A DNA stretch of 6,130 nucleotides from Candidatus Saccharimonadota bacterium (GTDB taxonomy: Bacteria; Pseudomonadota; Gammaproteobacteria; Enterobacterales; Enterobacteriaceae), in assembly GCF_012571345.1 (NCBI RefSeq), contig NZ_CP046218.1:294597-300726 (forward strand). Direction: 5' to 3'. Both the position numbers and the translations under genes were made by a program. Positions 1-6,130 of this stretch are shown here, one piece after another (the stretch's first letter is position 1; each line of letters opens with the position of its first letter). The notes beneath the pieces were generated by a model. It was not told the DNA's origin. It searched no databases and saw only the letters and a program-made list of their open reading frames with translations.

Positions 1-650
1 TTATTTGTTAAAATTTTTATAATATATTGATTATATTTTTTTATTTTAAATAAATATATTGGTTTTTCGTGTCCTGGTAAAATTAAGGTTTGCGAATTTA
101 AAGGTAAAATATATCGTTTTATTGATGTTAATAATTGTAAATAATTACTATAAGGAAAATCAGTTCTACCAATACTATTTGTAAATAGTATATCTCCAGA
201 TATTAAAATATTTGTTGTTTGATTATAATATATAACATGTCCTGGTGTGTGTCCTGGACAATGATATGCAATAAATAATATTTTCCCTAAAAAAATACTT
301 TGTTTGTGTTGCACCCAATTATTATCTTTGTATATACAATATGGTAATTTAAAATACATAGCTTGTAATTTTAAATTTTTTATTAAAACAATATCATCTT
401 CATGTGAACCTATTATCGGGATATGATATTTTTTAGATAAAACATATGCAGTACTAATATGATCTAAATGGCAATGCGTAATTAATATAATTTTAATAAG
501 TAATTTATATTTACTTAATAAATAACTAATAATATTAGTAATATTACTACTATTACCTGGATCAATAATAGCTGCACACAATGTTTTTTTACACCATACT
601 ATATAACAATTTTGTTTAAACGATGTTAATCTAATTCTAATATAATACAT
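1..650 (-). CDS. gloC: MBL-fold metallo-hydrolase, YcbL/GloC-type glyoxalase II (hydroxyacylglutathione hydrolase). The 3' end runs off the left edge, probably by only a few codons.
   Basis: My manual translation from the ATG at 650..648 gives MYYIRIRLTSFKQNCYIVWCKKTLCAAIIDPG...ILITHCHLDHISTA...YHCPGHTPGHVIYYN...LISGDILF...GRTDFP...LILPGHEKP...KILTN, with 216 full codons and no in-frame stop. This is collinear with E. coli YcbL (215 aa, [20 protein letters not shown]...THGHLDH...CPGHTPGH...ISGD...IPGH) as I recall it. All MBL metal-ligand motifs (HxHxDH, GH, D, H) are present. It is missing from the ORF track because the 'tta' at 1..3 is out of frame, so the stop lies outside the window. An in-frame stop two codons upstream of 650 fixes the start. 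Confidence 0.8.
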   Translation of the reverse strand, partial: MYYIRIRLTSFKQNCYIVWCKKTLCAAIIDPGNSSNITNIISYLLSKYKLLIKIILITHCHLDHISTAYVLSKKYHIPIIGSHEDDIVLIKNLKLQAMYFKLPYCIYKDNNWVQHKQSIFLGKILFIAYHCPGHTPGHVIYYNQTTNILISGDILFTNSIGRTDFPYSNYLQLLTSIKRYILPLNSQTLILPGHEKPIYLFKIKKYNQYIIKILTN

Positions 651-704
651 ATATTTTTATTTTTAATGAAAAACATATTTTATTAAGTTTATTAAAACAT
701 TTTT

Positions 705-2369
705 TTATTCACATTTAGCTGCTTTAAAAGCTTCTGTCATAACATTAGAAATTTTTTCAGTTTGTTTATTATTAATATGATGTTTAACAGATAATTCGAT
801 ATCTTTTAAACGTAATTGTATGTGCACCACACGATTTTTTTTGTCTATAGAGTTTATTTTGCCTTCTATTTGTTCACCAATTTTAAAATATTTTTGTACA
901 TGCTGATTACTATAATTATCATGATCACTAAATTTAACATATCCAAGGATATTGTTACTTAATTGTATAGTTATAGTTTTATTTTTAATAACAATAATTT
1001 TGCCAATAACCGTATTATTTTGTTTAAATTTTTGATAATACAAATCTAAAGGATCATCTTGTAATTGTTTAATTCCTAATGATATTCTTTCACGTTCAGA
1101 GTCTACTTGCAATACAATGGCAGATATATTATCACCTTTTTTATATTGTTTAACAACTTCTTCACCATTTTGTTCCCAAGATAAATCTGAAATATGTACT
1201 AAACCATCTATACCGCCTGATAAACCAATAAAAATACCAAAATCTGTTATCGATTTTATTTTTCCTTGTACTTTTTCTCCTTTGTGATGTTTTTTAGCAA
1301 ATAATAACCAAGGATTAACGGTGCATTGTTTAATTCCTAATGATATTCTTCTACGTTCTTCATCAATATCTAAGACCATTACTTCTACGTCATGATTAAT
1401 TTGTACTTTTTTAGTAGGATGAATATTTTTATTCGTCCAATCCATTTCAGAAATATGTACTAAACCTTCAATACCATTTTCAATTTCTACAAAACAACCA
1501 TAATCAGTTAAATTGGTTACTTTCCCTGTTAATTTAGTATTAATTGGATAACGTTTAGAAATAGAAATCCATGGATCTTCTCCTAGTTGTTTTAATCCTA
1601 AAGATACACGTGTTTTTTCTTTATCAAATTTTAAGATTTTAACAAATATTTCCTCACCTATACTAACTATTTCGCTAGGATGTTTCACTCGTTTCCAAGA
1701 CATATCAGTAATATGTAATAAACCATCTACACCTCCTAAATCCACAAAAGCACCATAATCAGTTAAATTTTTTACTAAACCTTTAATTTTTAAACCTTCA
1801 TTTAAACTATTAAGTAATTGTTCTCTCTCCGCGCTATTTTCAGATTCTATTACGGCTTTTCTGGAAACCACTACATTATTACGTTTTTGATCTAGTTTAA
1901 TTACTTTAAATTCTAATTCTTTACCTTCTAAATGGAAACTATCTTTTATAGGTCTAATATCAACTAATGAACCTGGTAAAAAAGCACGTATACCATTTAA
2001 ATCAACAGTAAACCCTCCTTTCACTTTGCCATTAATAATGCCATTAATATTAGTTTTACCTAATTGTGCTTTTTCTAATAACATCCAAGATTCGTATCTT
2101 TTAGCTTTTTCTCTTGAAAGAATAGTTTCTCCAAATCCATCTTCTATAGCATCTAAAGCTACATCAATAATATCTCCTTGTTTAATTTCTAATAAACCTT
2201 GGTTATTTTTAAATTGTTCTATAGGTATAGAAGACTCAGATTTAAATCCAGCATCAATTAATACCATATCTTTTTTTATAGAAATAACAGTTCCTTTAAC
2301 AATCGAACCAATATTAGTAATTTGTTTTTTTATTGTTTTTTCAAATAATTGAGTAAAAGATTCAACCAT
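705..2369 (-). CDS. rpsA: 30S ribosomal protein S1 (full length, six S1/OB repeats)
   Basis: This 554-aa ORF runs [10 protein letters not shown]...[14 protein letters not shown]...[13 protein letters not shown]...[22 protein letters not shown]...[11 protein letters not shown]...[11 protein letters not shown]. It is near-collinear with E. coli S1 (557 aa, MTESFAQLFE...AMAEAFKAAKGE) along its whole length. Confidence 0.97.
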   Translation of the reverse strand: MVESFTQLFEKTIKKQITNIGSIVKGTVISIKKDMVLIDAGFKSESSIPIEQFKNNQGLLEIKQGDIIDVALDAIEDGFGETILSREKAKRYESWMLLEKAQLGKTNINGIINGKVKGGFTVDLNGIRAFLPGSLVDIRPIKDSFHLEGKELEFKVIKLDQKRNNVVVSRKAVIESENSAEREQLLNSLNEGLKIKGLVKNLTDYGAFVDLGGVDGLLHITDMSWKRVKHPSEIVSIGEEIFVKILKFDKEKTRVSLGLKQLGEDPWISISKRYPINTKLTGKVTNLTDYGCFVEIENGIEGLVHISEMDWTNKNIHPTKKVQINHDVEVMVLDIDEERRRISLGIKQCTVNPWLLFAKKHHKGEKVQGKIKSITDFGIFIGLSGGIDGLVHISDLSWEQNGEEVVKQYKKGDNISAIVLQVDSERERISLGIKQLQDDPLDLYYQKFKQNNTVIGKIIVIKNKTITIQLSNNILGYVKFSDHDNYSNQHVQKYFKIGEQIEGKINSIDKKNRVVHIQLRLKDIELSVKHHINNKQTEKISNVMTEAFKAAKCE

Positions 2370-2434
2370 ATTATTAACTTTTTATTTTTTATTAATAATG
2401 CTTACATCATATTAAGTATTATTAAAAATAGAAA

Positions 2435-2455
2435 GCATAAAATTCCATTTTATGC
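2435..2455 (-). promoter_or_regulatory. Perfect 9-bp stem-loop with a GGA apical loop. It is either a structured element of the rpsA 5' leader or an intrinsic terminator ending the serC-aroA transcript.
   Basis: The minus strand reads 5'-GCATAAAAT-GGA-ATTTTATGC-3' (pairs 2455/2435 through 2447/2443, two G:C pairs at the base). TTTCTATTTTTAAT follows immediately. It lies 65 nt upstream of the rpsA ATG and 206 nt downstream of the aroA stop. Confidence 0.35.
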
Positions 2456-2490
2456 ATATATGATTATATATTTTTTACAAAAAAATATAT

Positions 2491-2511
2491 AACTAATATA
2501 TATTATTAGTT
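2491..2511 (-). terminator. Weak candidate intrinsic terminator downstream of aroA
   Basis: The minus strand reads 5'-AACTAATA-ATATA-TATTAGTT-3' (8-bp stem, one G:C pair, 5-nt loop), followed by ATATATTTTTTTG. The T7 run starts 6 nt after the stem, which is not ideal. AT-only palindromes are common by chance at this composition. Confidence 0.2.
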
Positions 2512-2661
2512 GCAATATTATGTATTTATCATATGAATATATATACATTAATAATTATTTATATATAGAGTTAATTTAACATAGAATAATATGTTTCTGC
2601 AACCATCTCATTAACTTTATATAAGATATAATAATTATGAATATTTTATTATTAATATTAC

Positions 2662-3948
2662 TTATTTATATAAACTAATTTTTTTAAAATCTTTAAAATA
2701 ATTAGGATATGTTTTTTTGATGCAATTAGGATTGATAATGTTAATTATAACATTAGATAATGCTAGTAATGAAAAACACATTGCCATACGATGATCATTA
2801 TATGTTTCAATAGTAACTGGTAGTATTGTTATTGGCGGTTGTATACTAATATAATCTTTTCCCTCAACAACATACGCACCTGTTTTCCTTAATTCTATTG
2901 CCATTGCTGCTAAACGATCTGTTTCTTTAACACGCCAATTATAAATATTACTAATAATTGTAGTACCCCGTGCAAATAAACTTGTTACTGCAATAGTCAT
3001 AGCAACATCGGGAATATGATTCATATCCATTTGTATTGCTTTTAATGTTTTGTTATATTGGCATGTAATATAGTTATTACCATAAAAAATTTTTGCGCCC
3101 ATTTTTTTTAAAATAGAAACATATTGTATATCTCCTTGTATGCTATGTTTATCAATATTATATAATGTCACAGTACCACCTTTTATGGCAGCTGCTGATA
3201 AAAAATAAGAAGCAGAAGAAGCATCACCTTCAATAATATATTCTCCTGGAGAACAATATTTCTGATTCCCATGAATAATAAATTTTTGATAATTATCATT
3301 ATGAATCATAACACCAAATTTTTCCATTAATGCTATAGTAATATCAATATATGGTTTAGAAACTAGATTATTTTTAATATAAATTACCGTATTATGTTTA
3401 AGCAAAGGAGATATTATTAATAAAGATGTTAAAAATTGACTAGAAATTGAACCATCGATAATTAATTGTTTTTTACCTAAAAAACCTCCATATAATTTTA
3501 ATGGTGGATAATTTTGTTTTTCTAAATAAATAATTTTAGCTCCGCCAGATCTTAAAACATCAACCAAATGTTTTATAGGTCGTTCTTTCATTCTAGAATC
3601 GCCAGTTATTGTAATGTTACACTGAATATTAAGTGATAATATTGCAGTTAATGGTCTCAATACTGTCCCTGCATTACCTACATATAACATATTATTTTTA
3701 GTATTAAAAATACCATTATTACCAAGAATATAACAATTATTGTTTGTAATTTGGATATTAATCCCACACATTTTTAATGATTGTATCATATAACGTGTAT
3801 CATCACTCTCTAATAAATTTATTAAATTAGTTTTCCCTTTTGCTAAAGATGCTAATAGTAATGCTCTATTAGATATACTTTTCGATCCTGGTAATGTTAC
3901 AACACCATGAATTTTTTTAATAGGATATAAAGTTAATATTTTTTTCAT
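2662..3948 (-). CDS. aroA: 3-phosphoshikimate 1-carboxyvinyltransferase (EPSP synthase), class I type
   Basis: This 428-aa ORF carries LPGSKSISNRALLLA, GNAGTVLRPL, MKERPI, LVSKPYIDIT, EGDASSASYFL, NWRVKETDRL and YNDHRMAMCFSL. It is collinear with E. coli AroA (427 aa). It lies directly downstream of serC, as in the conserved serC-aroA operon. Confidence 0.97.
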   Translation of the reverse strand: MKKILTLYPIKKIHGVVTLPGSKSISNRALLLASLAKGKTNLINLLESDDTRYMIQSLKMCGINIQITNNNCYILGNNGIFNTKNNMLYVGNAGTVLRPLTAILSLNIQCNITITGDSRMKERPIKHLVDVLRSGGAKIIYLEKQNYPPLKLYGGFLGKKQLIIDGSISSQFLTSLLIISPLLKHNTVIYIKNNLVSKPYIDITIALMEKFGVMIHNDNYQKFIIHGNQKYCSPGEYIIEGDASSASYFLSAAAIKGGTVTLYNIDKHSIQGDIQYVSILKKMGAKIFYGNNYITCQYNKTLKAIQMDMNHIPDVAMTIAVTSLFARGTTIISNIYNWRVKETDRLAAMAIELRKTGAYVVEGKDYISIQPPITILPVTIETYNDHRMAMCFSLLALSNVIINIINPNCIKKTYPNYFKDFKKISLYK

Positions 3949-3987
3949 GATTAATTTTTTGTTGTATTATTTTACCCATTATAACAT

Positions 3988-5082
3988 TTATGTATATAAC
4001 TTTTCAAAAGTATTCATGCAATATTCTAATTTTTGTATACCTTCTAAAGGCATAGCATTATATATGGAAACTCTAATACCTCCTATAGCACTATGTCCTT
4101 TTAAAAATAATAGTCCTTCTTTTTTTGTATATTTTAAAAATAGCTGTTCAAGATGAATATTAGGCAAAGTAAAAACAATATTAGTTAAAGATCTATTTTG
4201 TGGATTAATATTATTATTATAAATATTACTCTGATCTATCACATTATATATAATTGATGCTTTTTGTTGATTAATACTATATATTTTTGTCATGCCTTGT
4301 GTTTTTAACCATTTTAATACTAAACTAGTAATATATAATGAAAATGTTGGAGGTGTATTAAACATAGAATTATGTTGAGCGATAATATTATAATTAAGAG
4401 CCGATGGTAATTCTTTTCTTTTGTAATATGTATTATTAGTTAACAAATCTTTACGTATAATAATAAATGTCAAACCAGATGGTCCAATATTTTTTTGTGC
4501 ACTTGCATAAATAAGTCCATAATTTTTTATTTTAATTTTTTTAGTTAAAATATAAGAAGATAAATCAGCAATAATAATTTTATTATTAATTTTGATATCT
4601 TCATTAATTGCAATTCCTTCAATAGTTTCATTAGGACATAAATGTATATATTTAGTTTGATTAAATAAATTCCATTCTGTTATTGGTTTAATATAATGTA
4701 TTTTTTTTTTTTTTCCTCGTACATTAATAATGTATGGTATACAATATTTTTTTGCTTCTTCTATAGCTTTATCAGACCAAAATCCAGTATGTATATATTC
4801 AGCATGTTCATGATAATCTAATAGATTCATAGGGATAGCAGCAAATTGTGTTCTTGCTCCTCCTTGACAAAATAAAATATCATAATTTTCTGGTATATTC
4901 ATTAATTCTCTAAAATCATCTTTTAAAACATTTATTAATTTCATAAAATATGTACTACGATGACTAATTTCCATAACAGATACATGTAAATTATGCCAAT
5001 TTAATAGTTCTTTTTTAACTTGCTGCAAAACTTCATGTGGTAATATTGCCGGACCAGGACTAAAATTAAATATTTGATTCAT
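3988..5082 (-). CDS. serC: Phosphoserine aminotransferase (3-phosphoserine/phosphohydroxythreonine aminotransferase)
   Basis: From the ATG at 5082 the ORF reads MNQIFNFSPGPA..., matching the E. coli SerC N-terminus MAQIFNFSSGPA. The PLP-lysine motif YASAQKNIGPSG, MFNTPPTF and SIYNAMPLEG are present. The track's start at 5091 is a TTG three codons upstream. I prefer the ATG because of the homologous N-terminus and an AGGA 10 nt upstream of it. Confidence 0.95.
   Translation of the reverse strand: MNQIFNFSPGPAILPHEVLQQVKKELLNWHNLHVSVMEISHRSTYFMKLINVLKDDFRELMNIPENYDILFCQGGARTQFAAIPMNLLDYHEHAEYIHTGFWSDKAIEEAKKYCIPYIINVRGKKKKIHYIKPITEWNLFNQTKYIHLCPNETIEGIAINEDIKINNKIIIADLSSYILTKKIKIKNYGLIYASAQKNIGPSGLTFIIIRKDLLTNNTYYKRKELPSALNYNIIAQHNSMFNTPPTFSLYITSLVLKWLKTQGMTKIYSINQQKASIIYNVIDQSNIYNNNINPQNRSLTNIVFTLPNIHLEQLFLKYTKKEGLLFLKGHSAIGGIRVSIYNAMPLEGIQKLEYCMNTFEKLYT
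4701..4714 (-). repeat. A14 homopolymer on the serC coding strand (in frame, encodes G-KKKK-I)
   Basis: The plus strand shows 14 consecutive T at 4701..4714. The codons read cga gga aaa aaa aaa aaa ata, matching ...NVRGKKKKIHY... in the ORF track. Confidence 0.95.
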
Positions 5083-5092
5083 AAATAGCAAT

Positions 5093-5096
5093 TCCT
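5093..5096 (-). promoter_or_regulatory. Probable Shine-Dalgarno core (AGGA) for serC
   Basis: The minus strand reads atatAGGAattgctatttATG, with 10 nt between AGGA and the ATG at 5082. It is the only purine-rich SD-like motif upstream of any start in this window. Confidence 0.4.
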
Positions 5097-5116
5097 ATAT
5101 AAATAATTTCATAAAT

Positions 5117-6130
5117 TTATAAAACATAACGTTTTATTACATCATCTGTATGTGTATATAAAGACATAATAATACCAAAATTAATCATAAACATAATTAA
5201 TGAAGTACCACCATAACTTAATAATGGTAATGGAATGCCAACTATAGGTAATAAGCCACTAACCATACTGATATTTATAAAAATACAACTAAAAAAAAGT
5301 AACATCATACTATATATCACAATTTGTTTTAAGATATTTGGTGTGTGCATAGCTAAAATGATTCCTCGTAATATTAATAATATATATGTAAATATTAAGA
5401 AAAAAACACCTACAAAACCAAATTCTTCTGCTATAACAGAAAAAATAAAATCAGTATATTTTTCTGGTAAAAATTTTAGTTGTGTTTGTGTACCATGCAA
5501 CCAACCTTTACCAAACCAACCACCAGACCCAATAGCAATTTTAGATTGTAAAATATGATAACCTGCACCTAAAGCATCTTTTTCAGGATTTAATAGAATT
5601 AATATTCTAGTTCTTTGATAATCATGCATAATAAAAAACCATAATATTGGCAAACAAATAGATATTAATATCAAACTCATAATAATTAAACGCCAAGATA
5701 GTCCTGATAAAAATAAAATAATAGTACTTGATAAAATGATTAAAATTGCAGTACCTAAATCTGGTTGTTTAATAACTAAAAAAGTTGGTATAACAATAAT
5801 AATGATACTAATAATAAAATTTTTTATATTTATCATATAATTAATTTTATGTAAACGATAAGTTAAAAACAATGGTATAACAGTTTTACTAATTTCAGAC
5901 GGTTGAAATTTCATAAAACTTATTTTTAACCATCTTTTAGCTCCATTAATAGGGATGCCAGTGAAATATACTACTAATAATAGTATTATAAAAATTATAT
6001 ATAATATAAAAATATTTTTAAAAAAAAAATTTGGAGGTATTTGTGCAACTAATAACATGATAATAAAACCAATACATATTTGTATAATTTTATTATATAA
6101 AATATTTTTATTTTGACCAGATGCACTCCA
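5117..6130 (-). CDS. rodA: SEDS-family peptidoglycan glycosyltransferase RodA (MrdB). It is 5'-partial and continues beyond the right window edge.
   Basis: The track ORF starts at an internal Met (6058). The same frame stays open to 6130 and reads WSASGQNKNILYNKIIQICIGFII-MLLVAQIPP..., matching E. coli RodA ...VIWSASGQDIGMMERKIGQIAMGLVIMVVMAQIPP. RodA-typical blocks follow: RWL..FQPSEI, QPDLGT, LSGLSWR, GAGYHILQSKIAIGSGG, GKGWLHGTQTQLKFLPEKYTDFIF and PLPLLSYGGTS. By comparison with E. coli, about 35 N-terminal codons lie outside the window. Confidence 0.93.
   Translation of the reverse strand, partial: WSASGQNKNILYNKIIQICIGFIIMLLVAQIPPNFFFKNIFILYIIFIILLLVVYFTGIPINGAKRWLKISFMKFQPSEISKTVIPLFLTYRLHKINYMINIKNFIISIIIIVIPTFLVIKQPDLGTAILIILSSTIILFLSGLSWRLIIMSLILISICLPILWFFIMHDYQRTRILILLNPEKDALGAGYHILQSKIAIGSGGWFGKGWLHGTQTQLKFLPEKYTDFIFSVIAEEFGFVGVFFLIFTYILLILRGIILAMHTPNILKQIVIYSMMLLFFSCIFINISMVSGLLPIVGIPLPLLSYGGTSLIMFMINFGIIMSLYTHTDDVIKRYVL

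Noticed and set aside
1-3. 'tta' at the very start of the window as the gloC stop codon
   Set aside because: It is out of frame with the ATG at 650 (650 nt is not a multiple of 3). The in-frame reading ends ...L-T-N plus two bases, so the real stop lies outside the window.
1064-1350. Perfect 26-nt direct repeat inside rpsA (attgtttaattcctaatgatattctt at 1064..1089 and 1325..1350, offset 261 nt), with a diverged third copy near 1590
   Set aside because: The offset is exactly 87 codons, the S1-domain period. Both copies encode the same conserved peptide (R)ISLGIKQ at the ends of adjacent S1 repeats. Extreme AT-biased codon usage forces identical codons for identical peptides. This is domain repetition, not a mobile or regulatory repeat. 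Intragenic gene conversion is possible but not needed to explain it.
2026-2352. 108-aa plus-strand ORF from the track
   Set aside because: It lies entirely antisense to the highly conserved rpsA. The product is low-complexity, I/L/S/F/N-rich and resembles no family I recognise. This is the kind of shadow ORF expected opposite an AT-rich, stop-poor coding frame.
2463-2468. Perfect TATAAT (minus strand) just upstream of the GGA-loop hairpin, as an rpsA promoter -10
   Set aside because: At this base composition about one perfect TATAAT is expected by chance per strand in a 292-bp spacer. The matching -35 position reads TATATA, with no TTG. It is mentioned in the findings as context only and is not called as a feature.
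2576-2611. 11-codon minus-strand mini-ORF (MRWLQKHIILC*) in the aroA-rpsA spacer, as a possible leader peptide
   Set aside because: It has no SD, no regulatory codon pattern and no overlap with an alternative-structure region. Tiny ORFs of this kind are expected by chance.
3947-4156. 69-aa plus-strand ORF from the track
   Set aside because: It is antisense to the conserved 3' end of serC and spans the serC-aroA junction. It has no SD and no recognisable motifs, so I read it as a chance ORF.
5083-5091. TTG start for serC used by the ORF track (MLF extension)
   Set aside because: The ATG at 5082 reproduces the conserved SerC N-terminus (MNQIFNFSPGPA versus E. coli MAQIFNFSSGPA) and has an AGGA 10 nt upstream. 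The TTG would sit only 1 nt from that AGGA.
5235-5558. 107-aa plus-strand ORF from the track
   Set aside because: It is antisense to the best-conserved part of rodA and has no recognisable domain, so I read it as a shadow ORF.
6056-6058. ATG at 6058 as the rodA start codon
   Set aside because: The frame stays open to the window edge, and the upstream residues (WSASGQ...IGFII) align with the interior of E. coli RodA. This Met is therefore internal and the gene is truncated by the window.
1-6130. Scan for CRISPR repeats, IS/transposase ends, integrase or att-like repeats, tRNA/rRNA-like G+C-rich segments, and toxin-antitoxin or defence gene pairs
   Set aside because: None was found. All sizeable ORFs are accounted for by five well-known housekeeping genes. 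The spacers are short or nearly pure AT and show no periodic repeat structure or tRNA-like conserved loops.

Overview
This window is very AT-rich (about 13% G+C in the largest spacer by hand count, and clearly higher in the genes). It holds five co-oriented minus-strand housekeeping genes whose products align closely with Enterobacterales proteins as I recall them. In transcription order they are rodA (5'-truncated by the window edge), serC, aroA, rpsA and a YcbL/GloC-type metallo-beta-lactamase-fold glyoxalase II (3' end just off the left edge). Composition, K/I/N-rich proteins, tiny spacers and missing neighbouring genes all fit a reduced genome of an obligate insect endosymbiont (Wigglesworthia/Buchnera/Blochmannia-like). 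I cannot assign the organism without a database search. I see no CRISPR array, mobile element, tRNA/rRNA, defence or toxin cassette, or orphan ORF, so I do not think this window holds a novel multi-gene system. It reads as ordinary core genome. The points worth a second look are modest. (1) A 292-bp spacer lies where cmk sits in the E. coli serC-aroA-cmk-rpsA cluster. (2) That spacer carries a perfect 9-bp hairpin with a GGA loop, 65 nt upstream of an rpsA start that has no Shine-Dalgarno. (3) An in-frame A14 homopolymer lies inside serC. (4) Two gene junctions differ from the E. coli order in ways that suggest deletion and rearrangement. (5) AroA has a class I (glyphosate-sensitive type) active-site motif. 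The three plus-strand ORFs in the track are antisense shadow ORFs.
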